Assembly: GCA_963981015.1 (NCBI GenBank)
Contig: CAXCCG010000002.1
Coordinates: forward strand, 8,291-72,290
Direction: 5' to 3'
DNA: 64,000 nucleotides
Source: an uncultured Gammaproteobacteria bacterium
Lineage (GTDB): Bacteria > Pseudomonadota > Gammaproteobacteria > GCF-002020875
Shown here: positions 35,070 to 45,979 of the stretch, one piece after another
Position numbering within the stretch: the first letter of the stretch is position 1
How the letters are laid out: every line of letters starts with the position of its first letter
Made by a program: the position numbers and the translations under genes
The notes under the pieces: generated by a model
What the model saw: only the letters and a program-made list of their open reading frames with translations
What the model was told of the DNA's origin: nothing
Databases searched by the model: none

Positions 35070-36469
35070 CTCACCACCTTTTGTAGCCGTTTCTGTACTG
35101 CCTGCTTATAGGCATCGCCTCGCGCCTCAAAGCCGGAGAATTGATCAAAACTGGCGCATGCCGGGGAGAGCAATATGGTATCACCCGGTTCGGCAATCCT
35201 GTTTGCTGTAACCACAGCCTCTTCCATCGTTGCTACATGATAGACCGGGGTGACTCCCCCCAGTGCTGACTCAATCAATTTGGCATCTTCACCCATCAAA
35301 ATAACACTACGTACATAATCTTTAACAAGCACTTTCAGGGGGGAGAAATCGGCCTCTTTTCCCTGACCACCGGCAATCAATACCAGCTTGTTTAAATGGT
35401 CTGGACGGCCAAGTCCTTTGATTGCTGCTTCGGTGGCCCCCACATTGGTTCCCTTGGAGTCATTGATCCACCGCACACCCCGGCTCTCTGCCACCCACTC
35501 CGTTCTGTGAGGCAACCCTGAAAATTGTTGTAGCGCCGCCACCATTGCAGCAAGAGGTACCCCGGCAGCCTCTGCCAGGGTCATTGCAGCGACAACATTG
35601 GTTACATTATGTGTCCCAAAAATCTGTAGCTCTGAGACAGCAATTAAGGGCTGCTCTCCCTGACAGATCCACACTGCACCAGACAGATCTTTACAGAGCC
35701 CAAACCACCCAGGTTTAACTGGTGTAGTGGAGTAATAAGGGGACAACTGTTGTGGCTGTGGTGTAATTGCCAAGGACTCCATTAGTGCGACAACAGCCTC
35801 ATCCTCTGCTGGATAGACCCAATGCACTGCGCGCAGATAAACTTGCCCTTTCACTTGCGCATAGTGTTGCAGGCTACGATAGCGGTCCAGATGGTCGGCC
35901 GAGATATTGAGTACCACTGCCGCTACTGGCTCCAGCGTCTGAATCGACTCCAGTTGAAAGCTGGAGAGTTCAAGCACATAGAGGTCGGGCTCTTCATGCT
36001 TTAGCAATTCCAGTGCAGGGGTTCCCAGATTCCCCCCGACACGGACCTTCAACCCCGCTGAGTTCGCCATCTCTCCAACCAGTGTGGTTACGGTACTCTT
36101 GCCATTGGAGCCGGTAATTGCAACTACTGGCGCCTTCGCCTGCCGCGCAAACAGCTCCACATCACCAACCACTTCAACACCCGCCTCAAGCGCCTGCTGC
36201 AACAGTGGATGATCGATAGAGATTCCCGGACTCAATACAATTTGTGCTACCGAGCAGAGCAGTGTCTGCTCTAAAGGACCCAGAACAATTTCCAGTTGGG
36301 GGAACTCACGCCGGATCTGCTCCAACCCCGGCGGGTGAGCACGCGTATCGGCAACAACACAAGGAATATTGTGTTCTGAAAAATAGCGCACAACCGACTG
36401 ACCACTCTTACCCAGCCCCAACACCAGTCTCTGTGGTCTGTTATTGCCAATAGCCGACACTGTACTCAC
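35066..36469 (-). CDS. murD: UDP-N-acetylmuramoylalanine--D-glutamate ligase
   Basis: 467 aa with GLGKSGQS. Confidence 0.92.
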   Translation of the reverse strand: MSTVSAIGNNRPQRLVLGLGKSGQSVVRYFSEHNIPCVVADTRAHPPGLEQIRREFPQLEIVLGPLEQTLLCSVAQIVLSPGISIDHPLLQQALEAGVEVVGDVELFARQAKAPVVAITGSNGKSTVTTLVGEMANSAGLKVRVGGNLGTPALELLKHEEPDLYVLELSSFQLESIQTLEPVAAVVLNISADHLDRYRSLQHYAQVKGQVYLRAVHWVYPAEDEAVVALMESLAITPQPQQLSPYYSTTPVKPGWFGLCKDLSGAVWICQGEQPLIAVSELQIFGTHNVTNVVAAMTLAEAAGVPLAAMVAALQQFSGLPHRTEWVAESRGVRWINDSKGTNVGATEAAIKGLGRPDHLNKLVLIAGGQGKEADFSPLKVLVKDYVRSVILMGEDAKLIESALGGVTPVYHVATMEEAVVTANRIAEPGDTILLSPACASFDQFSGFEARGDAYKQAVQKRLQKVVR

Positions 36470-36541
36470 TACCGGGAGCCTCTAAAAATAGTAATTTTTC
36501 TGTGGCAGCAATCGCTGAAAAAGTGCATTTTCAGAGGTGCT

Positions 36542-37624
36542 CTACCGTATTTTCAGGGTTGCCAACCCTACCAGCACCAGAATAAAGGTAATAATCCAGA
36601 AGCGGACAATGACCCTTGGCTCAGGCCACCCTTTCAGCTCAAAGTGGTGGTGTATCGGGGCCATACGAAAAACCCGTTTACCCGTCAGTTTAAACGACAG
36701 TACCTGAATCATCACCGAGACGGTTTCCAGTACAAAGATCCCCCCCATGATGACCAACACCAACTCTTGACGTACCAGTACCGCAACAATCCCCAGAGCA
36801 GCCCCGAGAGCCAATGCGCCAACATCCCCCATAAAGACCATTGCCGGATAGGCATTAAACCAGAGAAAACCAAGTCCTGCACCGACCAGTGCACCACAGA
36901 ATACCGCCAACTCTCCGGCCTCCGGTAGAGAGGGAATTGCCAGGTAGCGGGCAAACTCCACATGGCCACTGAGATAAGCAAAGACCCCTAGCGCCCCTCC
37001 TACCAATACCGTTGGCATGATCGCAAGACCATCCAGTCCATCGGTCAGGTTCACCGCATTACTTGAACCCACCACCACCAGGAATGCCAACGGCAGATAG
37101 AGTATCCCCAGATCAATCGTTACCTCTTTAAAGAAGGGAACCAACAGTGCCGTCTCTGCCGGTAGGGTCGCAGAGTAATAGATCCAACTCACTGCAACTG
37201 CTGCAACCAGAGATTGTCCCAGAAACTTGGCCTTTGCAGAGAGTCCTTTGGGATTCTGGTGGACCACTTTTCGGTAATCGTCAATCCAGCCCACCATTCC
37301 AAACCCCAAGGTGACCAGCAACACAATCCAGAGGTAGTGGTTACTCAAATCTCCCCACAACAGTGTAGCAATAGCCACTGCAACCAGTATCAGCGCTCCA
37401 CCCATGGTTGGCGTTCCCGCCTTCTTCAGATGAGTCTCCGGACCGTCATCTCGTATCGCCTGCCCCACTTTATACTGAGTCAACTTGCGGATCATCATCG
37501 GTCCAATCATAAAGGAGACGATGAGTGCTGTCAGCGCACCCAATATCGCCCGTAACGTCAAATAACGAAACACCGAAAAATGGGGTGAAATTTCCACTAG
37601 GTAATCACTGAGATAGAGCATCAT
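36542..37624 (-). CDS. mraY: Phospho-N-acetylmuramoyl-pentapeptide transferase
   Basis: N-terminus [26 protein letters not shown] matches the MraY N-terminus. Start trimmed from the ORF (37711). Confidence 0.92.
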   Translation of the reverse strand: MMLYLSDYLVEISPHFSVFRYLTLRAILGALTALIVSFMIGPMMIRKLTQYKVGQAIRDDGPETHLKKAGTPTMGGALILVAVAIATLLWGDLSNHYLWIVLLVTLGFGMVGWIDDYRKVVHQNPKGLSAKAKFLGQSLVAAVAVSWIYYSATLPAETALLVPFFKEVTIDLGILYLPLAFLVVVGSSNAVNLTDGLDGLAIMPTVLVGGALGVFAYLSGHVEFARYLAIPSLPEAGELAVFCGALVGAGLGFLWFNAYPAMVFMGDVGALALGAALGIVAVLVRQELVLVIMGGIFVLETVSVMIQVLSFKLTGKRVFRMAPIHHHFELKGWPEPRVIVRFWIITFILVLVGLATLKIR

Positions 37625-37652
37625 GATGTTTCTGATTCCTGATAATTTATGG

Positions 37653-39041
37653 CTATTGATTCTGTACGGACGCCGTAGTGTCACCCTGATCCAACAGATG
37701 GTTGACCACACGTTCCATTCTCATAAAGCGTGAACCCTTGACCAGAATGGTGGTATCGCGACCTAACTCAAGGTCCAACTGTTCCAGAAGAGCTTCAAGA
37801 GTTACATGAGCCACCCCTCCTCCAAATCCTGCAACAAAGTCACCACCAAACTCCCCAAAGGCAAAAAGCTTGTCGATCCCAACCTTTTGGGCAAGCTGTC
37901 CTACCTCTTGATGCAGGGATGCTGCTGCCTCTCCTAACTCCCCCATATCCCCCAAGACCAATACCCGTTTTCCCGGAAAGTCAGAGAGCAGGCGAACCCC
38001 GCTTTTCATTGAGTCCGGATTGGCATTGTAACTATCATCAATCACCGTGCTGCCCAACCGGGCAGCCATCTGTTGCAATCGACCTGCAACCGGTTGCAGC
38101 GACTCCAACCCCTGTTTGACTTGTATCAACGAAGCCCCCACCTCGAGCGCAAGTGCCGCTGCTGCCACTGCATTGGTACGATTGTGTTCACCCAATAGTT
38201 TTAGCTGTACGGAGACCTCATCTCCCTGATAAGACAACAGCAACGGAGCTTTAGCTGTATCTGCAGAAAGTAACTCTGAGTTAGCGACTCTAGTGGTTGC
38301 ATAGCGCGCTATACGTTTTCCCTCTGCCAACTTCATCCAAAGTGAAGCCTGAGGGAGATTCTGGTTGATCACTGCAGTGCCGTTACCCCTCAACCCTGTA
38401 TAGATCTCTCCCTTTGCCTGTGCGATTCGCTCCATTGAACCAAATCCACCCAGATGGGCTGCCCCTATATTATTGACCAGGGCATGGGTCGGCTGGGCCA
38501 GTTTACACAGGTATTCAATATCCCCAACTGCACTGGCCCCCATCTCAACCACGGCCCACCGATCTTGAGGGGTCAACCGCAACAGTGTCAATGGAACCCC
38601 AATCTCATTATTGAAATTACCCTGGGTCACAGTCCCTTGCCCCGCCAAATGCAGTATAGATGCCACCATCTCTTTTACAGTGGTCTTTCCATTGCTTCCG
38701 GTGATTGCAACCACCGGTATCTCAAACTGTGCCCGCCACCCAGCCGCCAACTGCCCCAGTGCCTGTAACGTATCTCCAACCACAATCTGGGGGATGTCGA
38801 ACGGTTTTTGTTGTTGAACAATCGCCCCAACCGCTCCTGCAGCATGTACCTGTTGCAGAAACTGTTCACCCTCAAAGTTGGGACCTCTCAAAGCGACAAA
38901 CAGCGCACCAGATGAAATGGAACGGCTGTCTGTACTGACCGCTGAAAAGCTGGCATCTTCTCCGATGAGCCGCCCCCCCAACAGTGTTGCAACGGCAGAG
39001 AGACAACTCAGTGGGCGTTGATCAGCCACGGCTATCACCAT
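37653..39041 (-). CDS. murF: UDP-MurNAc-tripeptide--D-alanyl-D-alanine ligase
   Basis: 462 aa Mur ligase (GSNGKTT). Confidence 0.9.
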   Translation of the reverse strand: MVIAVADQRPLSCLSAVATLLGGRLIGEDASFSAVSTDSRSISSGALFVALRGPNFEGEQFLQQVHAAGAVGAIVQQQKPFDIPQIVVGDTLQALGQLAAGWRAQFEIPVVAITGSNGKTTVKEMVASILHLAGQGTVTQGNFNNEIGVPLTLLRLTPQDRWAVVEMGASAVGDIEYLCKLAQPTHALVNNIGAAHLGGFGSMERIAQAKGEIYTGLRGNGTAVINQNLPQASLWMKLAEGKRIARYATTRVANSELLSADTAKAPLLLSYQGDEVSVQLKLLGEHNRTNAVAAAALALEVGASLIQVKQGLESLQPVAGRLQQMAARLGSTVIDDSYNANPDSMKSGVRLLSDFPGKRVLVLGDMGELGEAAASLHQEVGQLAQKVGIDKLFAFGEFGGDFVAGFGGGVAHVTLEALLEQLDLELGRDTTILVKGSRFMRMERVVNHLLDQGDTTASVQNQ

Positions 39042-40530
39042 CCATTACCAATGATCGTGCAATCATGCGATCACTCAAGGCAATCTTCTCTTCCCCGATC
39101 CATTGAAACTGCTCATGCCCCTTACCTGCAATCAGGATCACATCCTCTGCTGCCGCCTGCTGGTAACAGTGATGAATCGCGGCTTCGCGATCTTCAATCA
39201 CAGTGACCTCTTTGGGCTCTTTAACCCCTTTAAGGATCTGTTGAAGGATCTGGGCGGCCAACTCCCGACGAGGGTTGTCATTGGTGAGCACCACCTGATC
39301 TGCCAGCTGCTCTGCCACACGTCCCATCGCAGCCCGCTTTCCTTGATCACGCTCCCCTCCACAACCAAACAGAACCCATAACCTGCTACTCGGCTCCACA
39401 TTCTGCAAGTGCTCTCTGACAGCGCTCAGGGCAGACTCCAAGGCCCCTGCAGTATGGGCATAATCAACCATCAATAGTGGCTTGCACCCTGAACTATCAC
39501 GAAATGTTTCCATTCGCCCATCCACCGCCTGAACCTGTCCCAACAGATGACAAATATGATTCAGCGAATAACCCCAACTGAGCAGCGTTGCAACCACTGC
39601 CAGCAGGTTACTACCATTAAAACGTCCGTAAAGTGGTGAGTGAATCTCTCCCTGCTCTTCCCGAAAGCGGATATTGAGCACCAGCCCTTCCCTGTTCTGT
39701 TCAACCACCTCGCCCATCAACTCTGCCCGCTCATCACCACTCAGACTATAACCCAACACCTCTATTCCGCTGCGTGGGTCAACATAGAGTTCTGTACCCA
39801 GCGTGTCATCTAGGTTGACCACTATTGACTGTAGTTCCGGGCGGTAAAAAAGCTTTTTTTTAGTTGCACGGTAGTGTTCAAGTGAACCATGGTAATCAAG
39901 GTGATCTCGCCCAATCTGGGTCAAGATTGCGGTATCAATCGAAACTGCGGAGAGACGCTGCTGTTCAATACCATGTGAAGATGCCTCCAATGCAACACTT
40001 TTCCCCGATTGCTTGACCACTTCAGCAAGCAGTTTATGCAGCTCAATTACAGGAGGTGTGGTATGGCTGAGTTCTGTATCAAACTCTACTCCACCAACCA
40101 TTCTGTTACCGAGTGTTCCGAACAGTGCCGCCCCCCCTTCGAGCCTCTCCATTGCAGCTGAAAGAAAGTGGGCCACTGAACTTTTTCCATCGGTTCCGGT
40201 AACTGCCGCCACCCGCAGTTGACGCGAGGGATCTCCATAGAAGCGACTTGCAATTTCACCTAGCTGTCTCTTCAACGAAGAGAGCTGGATTGCACAATCA
40301 CTTTGCAAGCTCCCCTGTTCCCACAGTACCGCAATCGCACCTTGATCAATGGCTTGTTGTGCATAGTCCACCCCATTCACAGTTCCACCGTCGAGTGCCA
40401 CAAAAAGGGTACCCGCCTTTACGGTTCGACTGTCTGTGGTTATTCCCTCGACTGTCTGTCTATCGAGCGGTTGCGGGACCGTTACAATTCCCTCCAGCAG
40501 GGCACCCAATGTCCACTTTCTATTACCCAT
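39022..40530 (-). CDS. murE: UDP-MurNAc-L-Ala-D-Glu--2,6-diaminopimelate ligase
   Basis: 502 aa Mur ligase (GTDGKSS). Confidence 0.9.
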   Translation of the reverse strand: MGNRKWTLGALLEGIVTVPQPLDRQTVEGITTDSRTVKAGTLFVALDGGTVNGVDYAQQAIDQGAIAVLWEQGSLQSDCAIQLSSLKRQLGEIASRFYGDPSRQLRVAAVTGTDGKSSVAHFLSAAMERLEGGAALFGTLGNRMVGGVEFDTELSHTTPPVIELHKLLAEVVKQSGKSVALEASSHGIEQQRLSAVSIDTAILTQIGRDHLDYHGSLEHYRATKKKLFYRPELQSIVVNLDDTLGTELYVDPRSGIEVLGYSLSGDERAELMGEVVEQNREGLVLNIRFREEQGEIHSPLYGRFNGSNLLAVVATLLSWGYSLNHICHLLGQVQAVDGRMETFRDSSGCKPLLMVDYAHTAGALESALSAVREHLQNVEPSSRLWVLFGCGGERDQGKRAAMGRVAEQLADQVVLTNDNPRRELAAQILQQILKGVKEPKEVTVIEDREAAIHHCYQQAAAEDVILIAGKGHEQFQWIGEEKIALSDRMIARSLVMDGDSRG

Positions 40531-42256
40531 GAGAGGCGCTCTTGAGGTCGTCTGTCACTTCAGGGGGGATCCCCAGTACACGCAGAGCCCCACCCATCAC
40601 CTCCGAGAATACCGGTGCCGCAACTGCACCGCCGGTGTAATACTTCCCCTTTGGACCATCCACCACCACCACCACTACGACTCTAGGATCTTCCACTGGT
40701 GCCATCCCTGCAAACAGGGCTGTGTGCCCAAAAGGCTTACCATCTGCATCGGCATATCGTCCACCAACCAGCTTGTCGACGGTTCCTGTTTTTCCTGCAA
40801 CACGATACTCTTTCACCCGCGCACGGCGGGCCGTTCCCCCCTCCTGTGTCACCTTCTCCATCATCAAGCGTACATCTTTTGCGGTCTTCGCCGAGAACAC
40901 CCGACGTGATTCCTGGTCTCTCTCCGCCTCTTCACTCTGTAAAAAGGTGATCGGACGAATCATGCCATCTTCTGCAATCGCTGTGTAGGCTCTTGCCAAT
41001 TGTAGTGGCGTCATACTCATGCCATAACCATAGGAGAGCGTAGCCTGTTCAACTTTACGCCAGCGGGCATAATCTCTCAAAACGCCGGTACCCTCACCTG
41101 GAAAGGTACTACCAGTCTCCTCTCCGATACCCGCCAGATCGAGTACTCGCCAAAACTGTTGCGGTTTCATCATCAGGGCAACCATTGCAGAACCGACATT
41201 GCTTGATTTCTGCAGCAGCCTGGCCATGTTTACCTCTTTATAGTTGTGATTTCTGAACTCCCGAATGGTCTTACGCCCCACTCGCAGCGTTCCAGGAGAG
41301 GTATCAATTGTTGTGCTGGTAGTCACAATACCGTTTTCCATTGCTGCTGCCACAGTGAAGGGTTTCATGGTGGAGCCCGGCTCCAGCAGATCTGTGACTG
41401 CACGGTTGCGTAACGCTCCCCCTTTACGCTGTGCAAGATCATTCGGGTTAAAGGAGGGAAGACTGACCATTGCCAATATCTCACTACGATCCGAGTCCAG
41501 CACCACTACGGTGCCCGATTCCGCATCAAACTCCTTCAGTGCCCTGTTCAAGGATCGATAGGCAAGAAACTGCAGGCGTCGGTCGAGTGTCAAATGGAGA
41601 CGTTTTCCCTCCTCTCCACGCTCAATCAAACTCAGCGTCTCAATTGATTTACCAACCGCATCACGCACCACACGTACCTGTTCCGGTTTTCCATCAAGCC
41701 AACTATCGTAGGCCAGCTCTACCCCCTCTTGTCCCACATCCTGCTGATTGGTAAATCCGATCATTGAGGCCATTGCCTCCCCTTCCGGATAGAAGCGGCG
41801 ACTGCCACGACGAAACTCAACACCCTTAATTTTTAATGCTGCGATCTTCTGTTTGGTCTCGGGTTCTACCTGTTTTTTAAGCGGTATATAGCGTTTATCC
41901 TCATACCGCTCCAATTTTTTTTTCAACCAGCGGTCCGTCTTACCCAGCAATTTAGCGAGAGCTGCGCGCTTCTCTACAGAGTCCGGGAATTTTTGCGGAT
42001 TACACCCAACAGTCACCATCGGTGTACTCAGTGCCAAAACCTCACCCGTACGATCAACAATCTCTCCGCGCCGTGCCGGAATCAACATCTTGCCAATATG
42101 CTGTTTGACCCTGTACGGCAATTTTGCACTGATCTCTTCGGGAAAAAGGTGCAGCATCATCGCTCGCCAGACCACAGCAGCTGCACCTGCTGCAAGCAGA
42201 GCAATCACAACCCGCTTACGCCACGGAGTATCCCCAGTAACGGCTTGGCGCTGCAT
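40523..42256 (-). CDS. ftsI: Peptidoglycan D,D-transpeptidase FtsI (PBP3)
   Basis: 577 aa with STMK, SSN and KTG motifs. Confidence 0.92.
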   Translation of the reverse strand: MQRQAVTGDTPWRKRVVIALLAAGAAAVVWRAMMLHLFPEEISAKLPYRVKQHIGKMLIPARRGEIVDRTGEVLALSTPMVTVGCNPQKFPDSVEKRAALAKLLGKTDRWLKKKLERYEDKRYIPLKKQVEPETKQKIAALKIKGVEFRRGSRRFYPEGEAMASMIGFTNQQDVGQEGVELAYDSWLDGKPEQVRVVRDAVGKSIETLSLIERGEEGKRLHLTLDRRLQFLAYRSLNRALKEFDAESGTVVVLDSDRSEILAMVSLPSFNPNDLAQRKGGALRNRAVTDLLEPGSTMKPFTVAAAMENGIVTTSTTIDTSPGTLRVGRKTIREFRNHNYKEVNMARLLQKSSNVGSAMVALMMKPQQFWRVLDLAGIGEETGSTFPGEGTGVLRDYARWRKVEQATLSYGYGMSMTPLQLARAYTAIAEDGMIRPITFLQSEEAERDQESRRVFSAKTAKDVRLMMEKVTQEGGTARRARVKEYRVAGKTGTVDKLVGGRYADADGKPFGHTALFAGMAPVEDPRVVVVVVVDGPKGKYYTGGAVAAPVFSEVMGGALRVLGIPPEVTDDLKSASHG

Positions 42257-42546
42257 CAGTGAAGCACAACTCTCTGGGCTGCTTGCGGATAGTTCATTTT
42301 TAATTTAGCACGTGCATGGTCCTCTATTCGGGCCAGATTCCCCCAAGATGCCTCTTCCAGACGCAGTCGCCCCTGCTCTTCCAAACTCTGCTCATACTGT
42401 TTCTTGAGTCCCTGTAACGTAATGTAGAGCTGGACCTCTCGATGTTTAATGTAGATCACTCCAACAGCACTGCCTACGGTAAAAAGAATCAATAGCATTA
42501 TTAAGACCCCCTGCATCAAAGGACTATTTTCATACCAGACACTCAT
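42256..42546 (-). CDS. ftsL: Cell division protein FtsL
   Basis: 96 aa bitopic protein with a coiled-coil segment, between rsmH and ftsI. Confidence 0.75.
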   Translation of the reverse strand: MSVWYENSPLMQGVLIMLLILFTVGSAVGVIYIKHREVQLYITLQGLKKQYEQSLEEQGRLRLEEASWGNLARIEDHARAKLKMNYPQAAQRVVLH

Positions 42547-43520
42547 GGCTGGAACCGTTTATCGATATTGCTGGTAGTTCGCTCAGCCACTCTTAATACT
42601 GCGCTTCTTGAGCGCGGATTCAGATCGATCTCCTCTGCCGTGGCGCGCTGTCGCTTGCCGACTGTTTGCAACACCCCCTGTTGCGGTTGTCCGCGAATAG
42701 GAATTTCGGGTGGCAGCTCCTGTTGCCCACCACTATTGCGACGAAAAAACTGTTTGACCATACGATCTTCAAGAGAATGAAAACTGATCACCACGACTCT
42801 TCCTCCCGCGGATAACAGAGAAAGGCTCTGCTCCAGAGCCTGTTTCAGCTCTTGTAACTCCTGATTGATATGTATTCTGATTGCCTGAAAGGTTCGGGTG
42901 GCCGGATGCTTTTTATGGTAACCGGGGATTACCCGTTGCACCAATTCTGCGAGCTGTGAAGTAGTAACCAAAGGGATCTCATCACGTGAGTGGATAATTG
43001 CACGCGCTATCTTTCTGGATTGACGCTCATCACCGTACTCCCATAAAACACGGGCAATCTCATCCTGCTCCGCACAGCGCAGCCACTCCGCCGCGGTTAA
43101 TGGCTGAGACTGGTCCATTCTCATATCAAGTGGCCCTTGGCGCATGAAACTGAAGCCACGATCCGCATGGTCCAACTGAGGGGAAGAGACCCCCAAATCC
43201 AGGAGATAACCATCCAGCTTTCGAGTCAGCCCCATTTCTGTCAGCACCTCAGGCAACTTTGAAAAGGGGTTATGGGTGATCACCACACGTGGATCTGCTG
43301 CATATAGCCGTTGAGCCTCAGTGATTGCATCCTGATCACGGTCCATCAAGAGTAATTTGCCTTGTGGCGAGAGCTGTTTAATGATTTCTGCCGTATGCCC
43401 CCCCCGCCCAAAGGTGCCATCAACATAAAAACCATCTTCTTTTATTTTAAGACCCGTTACCGCTTCACCAAGCATCACCGAGAAGTGAGCCGATAACGGG
43501 TCCGAATCAGAAGTAGACAT
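42543..43520 (-). CDS. rsmH: 16S rRNA (cytosine1402-N4)-methyltransferase RsmH (MraW)
   Basis: 325 aa with HIPVMLGE-like N-terminus, GRGGHT and DLG.SS motifs. Confidence 0.92.
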   Translation of the reverse strand: MSTSDSDPLSAHFSVMLGEAVTGLKIKEDGFYVDGTFGRGGHTAEIIKQLSPQGKLLLMDRDQDAITEAQRLYAADPRVVITHNPFSKLPEVLTEMGLTRKLDGYLLDLGVSSPQLDHADRGFSFMRQGPLDMRMDQSQPLTAAEWLRCAEQDEIARVLWEYGDERQSRKIARAIIHSRDEIPLVTTSQLAELVQRVIPGYHKKHPATRTFQAIRIHINQELQELKQALEQSLSLLSAGGRVVVISFHSLEDRMVKQFFRRNSGGQQELPPEIPIRGQPQQGVLQTVGKRQRATAEEIDLNPRSRSAVLRVAERTTSNIDKRFQP

Positions 43521-43944
43521 CCTGCAACTGCGTCAGGTCATCTTCACTCAGCTCTTCAGGTTGTGAAACATCAACCCAAGCTGCATCATCCCATAGCTCC
43601 AACTTAAACCCCACACCGGCTAGTACGGCCACTTTATCCAGTTTTGCATGATCACGAAGCTCCTGGCTCAACAAAATTCTTCCATTGCTATCCATTTCAC
43701 ACTCTTGTGAGCGTCCGATCACGACACGGCGCAGTTTGGATTGTTGACTACCCGGCAATAAACCAATTTTTGTCTCCACATCTTCCCACTCCGGCAAGGG
43801 ATAGAGATCCAGGCAGGGGGAACGAAAATTGGGGGCAACCACAACCTTTCCATCAGAGGCACCCAACAACTGAGAGCGATAGTGGGTCGGAATTGAAACC
43901 CGTCCCTTACCATCCATTTTGACTGATTTGTTTCCTCGAAACAT
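43507..43944 (-). CDS. mraZ: Transcriptional regulator MraZ
   Basis: 145 aa, N-terminus MFRGNKSVKMDGKGRVSIPT. Confidence 0.9.
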   Translation of the reverse strand: MFRGNKSVKMDGKGRVSIPTHYRSQLLGASDGKVVVAPNFRSPCLDLYPLPEWEDVETKIGLLPGSQQSKLRRVVIGRSQECEMDSNGRILLSQELRDHAKLDKVAVLAGVGFKLELWDDAAWVDVSQPEELSEDDLTQLQDVYF

Positions 43945-43965
43945 GGGTCAGCCCATAACCCGCAG

Positions 43966-45204
43966 TTAGTTAGCCTGACTTCGTAAAAAGGCGGGGATAT
44001 CGAGAAACTCCTCATCCAGCCCAGAGGCTGATGCACTGTTTACACCCGCCGCCCCATGCATTTGAGTCTCTTGTCTCTGAAAGGTAGGACGGTCCAGATC
44101 ACCACTCACTCTAGGTTGCTGAGGCATGTAGTCATCTGTACGTGGCATCTCCACTTCGACCAAAACAGGTTTTGGTCGTGGGTTTGCTTGCTCTGCAGCA
44201 ATGCTGTTCAACCCCGTTGCCACAACCGTAACACGGATCTCATCATTCATTGAAGCATCAAAACCTGCTCCAATCACAATGGTTGCGTCTTCAGAAGCGT
44301 ACTGACGTACCGCTGTTCCCACCTCATTAAACTGCCCCATGGTCAAGTCATAGCCGGAGGTGACATTGACCAGAATGCCGCGTGCACCGCGCAGGTCAAT
44401 ATCCTCCAGTAGCGGGCTGTGGAGCGCGATATCAGCAGCAATTGACGCACGATTCTCACCTGTGGCTGAGCCGGTACCCATCATTGCCATTCCCATCTCA
44501 GACATTACCGTTTTTACATCAGCAAAATCCACATTGATCATTCCCTCTCGGGTAATCAACTCAGCGATTCCCTGCACAGCACCTCGCAATACACCATCTG
44601 CCTCGCGGAACGCATCCATCACGGTCATGTCTGCACCAAAAACCGTCATTAATTTTTCATTTGGAATGGTAATAATAGAATCGACATGTTGACTCAACTC
44701 ATCAATTCCATCCAAAGCAACACTCATACGCTTTGGGCCTTCCATGGAAAATGGCTTGGTCACGACCGCTACTGTCAAGATCCCCATCTCTTTAGCAACT
44801 TCCGCAACGACCGGGGCCGCCCCGGTTCCTGTGCCACCACCCATTCCGGCTGTAATAAAGAGCATCTCTGTGCCTTCTATCGCCTCACGAATACGTTCCC
44901 GATCCTCTAGTGCAGAGTCTCGTCCAACGGTCGGCTTTGCACCGGCTCCACGACCACGTGTAGTCTGAACACCAATCTGTATTGCCGTGCTGGCAGAGGA
45001 TTTACCCAATGCCTGTGCATCGGTATTTGCACAGATGAAATCAACTCCCTCAATTTCAGAAGCAACCATATGTTCCAAGGCGTTACCACCTGCTCCCCCC
45101 ACTCCGATAACACGAATAATTGCGTTATCAGCATATGAATCGACTATTTCTTCAAACATATCTCTCCCTCGGCTTACTGGATTATTATAACCACTAGTCT
45201 CCAA
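43966..45204 (-). CDS. ftsZ: Cell division GTPase FtsZ, in a non-canonical position immediately upstream of mraZ
   Basis: 412 aa with GGGTGTG (GMGGGTGTGAAPVVAEVAKEMGILTVAVVTKPF), NTDAQAL and NVDFADV motifs, collinear with E. coli FtsZ. Its stop codon lies 21 nt upstream of the mraZ start. Confidence 0.96.
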   Translation of the reverse strand: METSGYNNPVSRGRDMFEEIVDSYADNAIIRVIGVGGAGGNALEHMVASEIEGVDFICANTDAQALGKSSASTAIQIGVQTTRGRGAGAKPTVGRDSALEDRERIREAIEGTEMLFITAGMGGGTGTGAAPVVAEVAKEMGILTVAVVTKPFSMEGPKRMSVALDGIDELSQHVDSIITIPNEKLMTVFGADMTVMDAFREADGVLRGAVQGIAELITREGMINVDFADVKTVMSEMGMAMMGTGSATGENRASIAADIALHSPLLEDIDLRGARGILVNVTSGYDLTMGQFNEVGTAVRQYASEDATIVIGAGFDASMNDEIRVTVVATGLNSIAAEQANPRPKPVLVEVEMPRTDDYMPQQPRVSGDLDRPTFQRQETQMHGAAGVNSASASGLDEEFLDIPAFLRSQAN

Positions 45205-45509
45205 AAAAACCCACTATACGCCACTTTTTCCCAATATCAACAAAATTTGAATTTTTTCCCCACACGACTCAAAACCTTCCGAAACCCCCAATTCACCTAT
45301 AACATTTTATAAATAATTTAAATATCATTGAGTTATAAGGTTTTATAGGGGTAATGACTGAACAATAATTTTCTCTGAATGATCGCCATAACCGGCCTAA
45401 CAGGACGGAGTATAGAAACATCAACTTAGCATTCAAAAATCGGGGGGGATGATGCTCAACAGCACCCTAAAATAGTATCCGGGAGCGGCCCGAACCTCAT
45501 TGACTGCTA

Positions 45510-45557
45510 GAGCTTGTCCGAGAATAGAGAATCTACTGCGGAAATCTGGGATGGTCA
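45510..45557. repeat. Half copy (left-arm type) of the palindromic repeat element, just downstream of the rnpB 3' end
   Basis: gagcttgtccgagaatagagaatctactgcggaaatctgggatggtc is about 80% identical to 152-198. Confidence 0.5.
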
Positions 45558-45610
45558 AAACAAGGTTGTCGGAGTACAAATACTCAAACATATTGTATGG
45601 AGAATTAAAA

Positions 45611-45962
45611 GAGGAAGCTGGTCGATAAGCCGGGTTCTGTCATGGACAACCATTCATCTGGGATGCGTGTCACCACACACCTCAAGCGACCTACCCGAGG
45701 ACAGAGCGAGCCACTCCATTGTCCCCCTATTTGGTCTTGCTCCGAGCGGGGTTTACCATGCCACAAGCAGTTACCTGCTGCGCGGTGTGCTCTTACCACA
45801 CCATTTCAACCTTACCGGCACGACAAGTCGTACGTAGGCGGTATATTTTCTGCTGCACTTTCCATAGGCTTTCACCTTCCAGGCGTTACCTGGCGCTCTG
45901 CTCTGCGGAGCCCGGACTTTCCTCTGTATTGCGAACAACACAGCGATTGCCTGACCAGCTTC
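45611..45962 (-). ncRNA. rnpB: RNase P RNA (bacterial type A)
   Basis: The reverse complement contains the 5' GAAGCUGGUCAGG...GAGGAAAGUCCGGGCUCC...GCCAGGUAACGCCUGG and the 3' AGAUGAAUGGUUGUCCAUGACAGAACCCGGCUUAUCGACCAGCUUCCUC, matching E. coli M1 RNA P4 and 3'-end regions. Confidence 0.85.
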
Positions 45963-45979
45963 CAGCGCAGGAGAATAAC

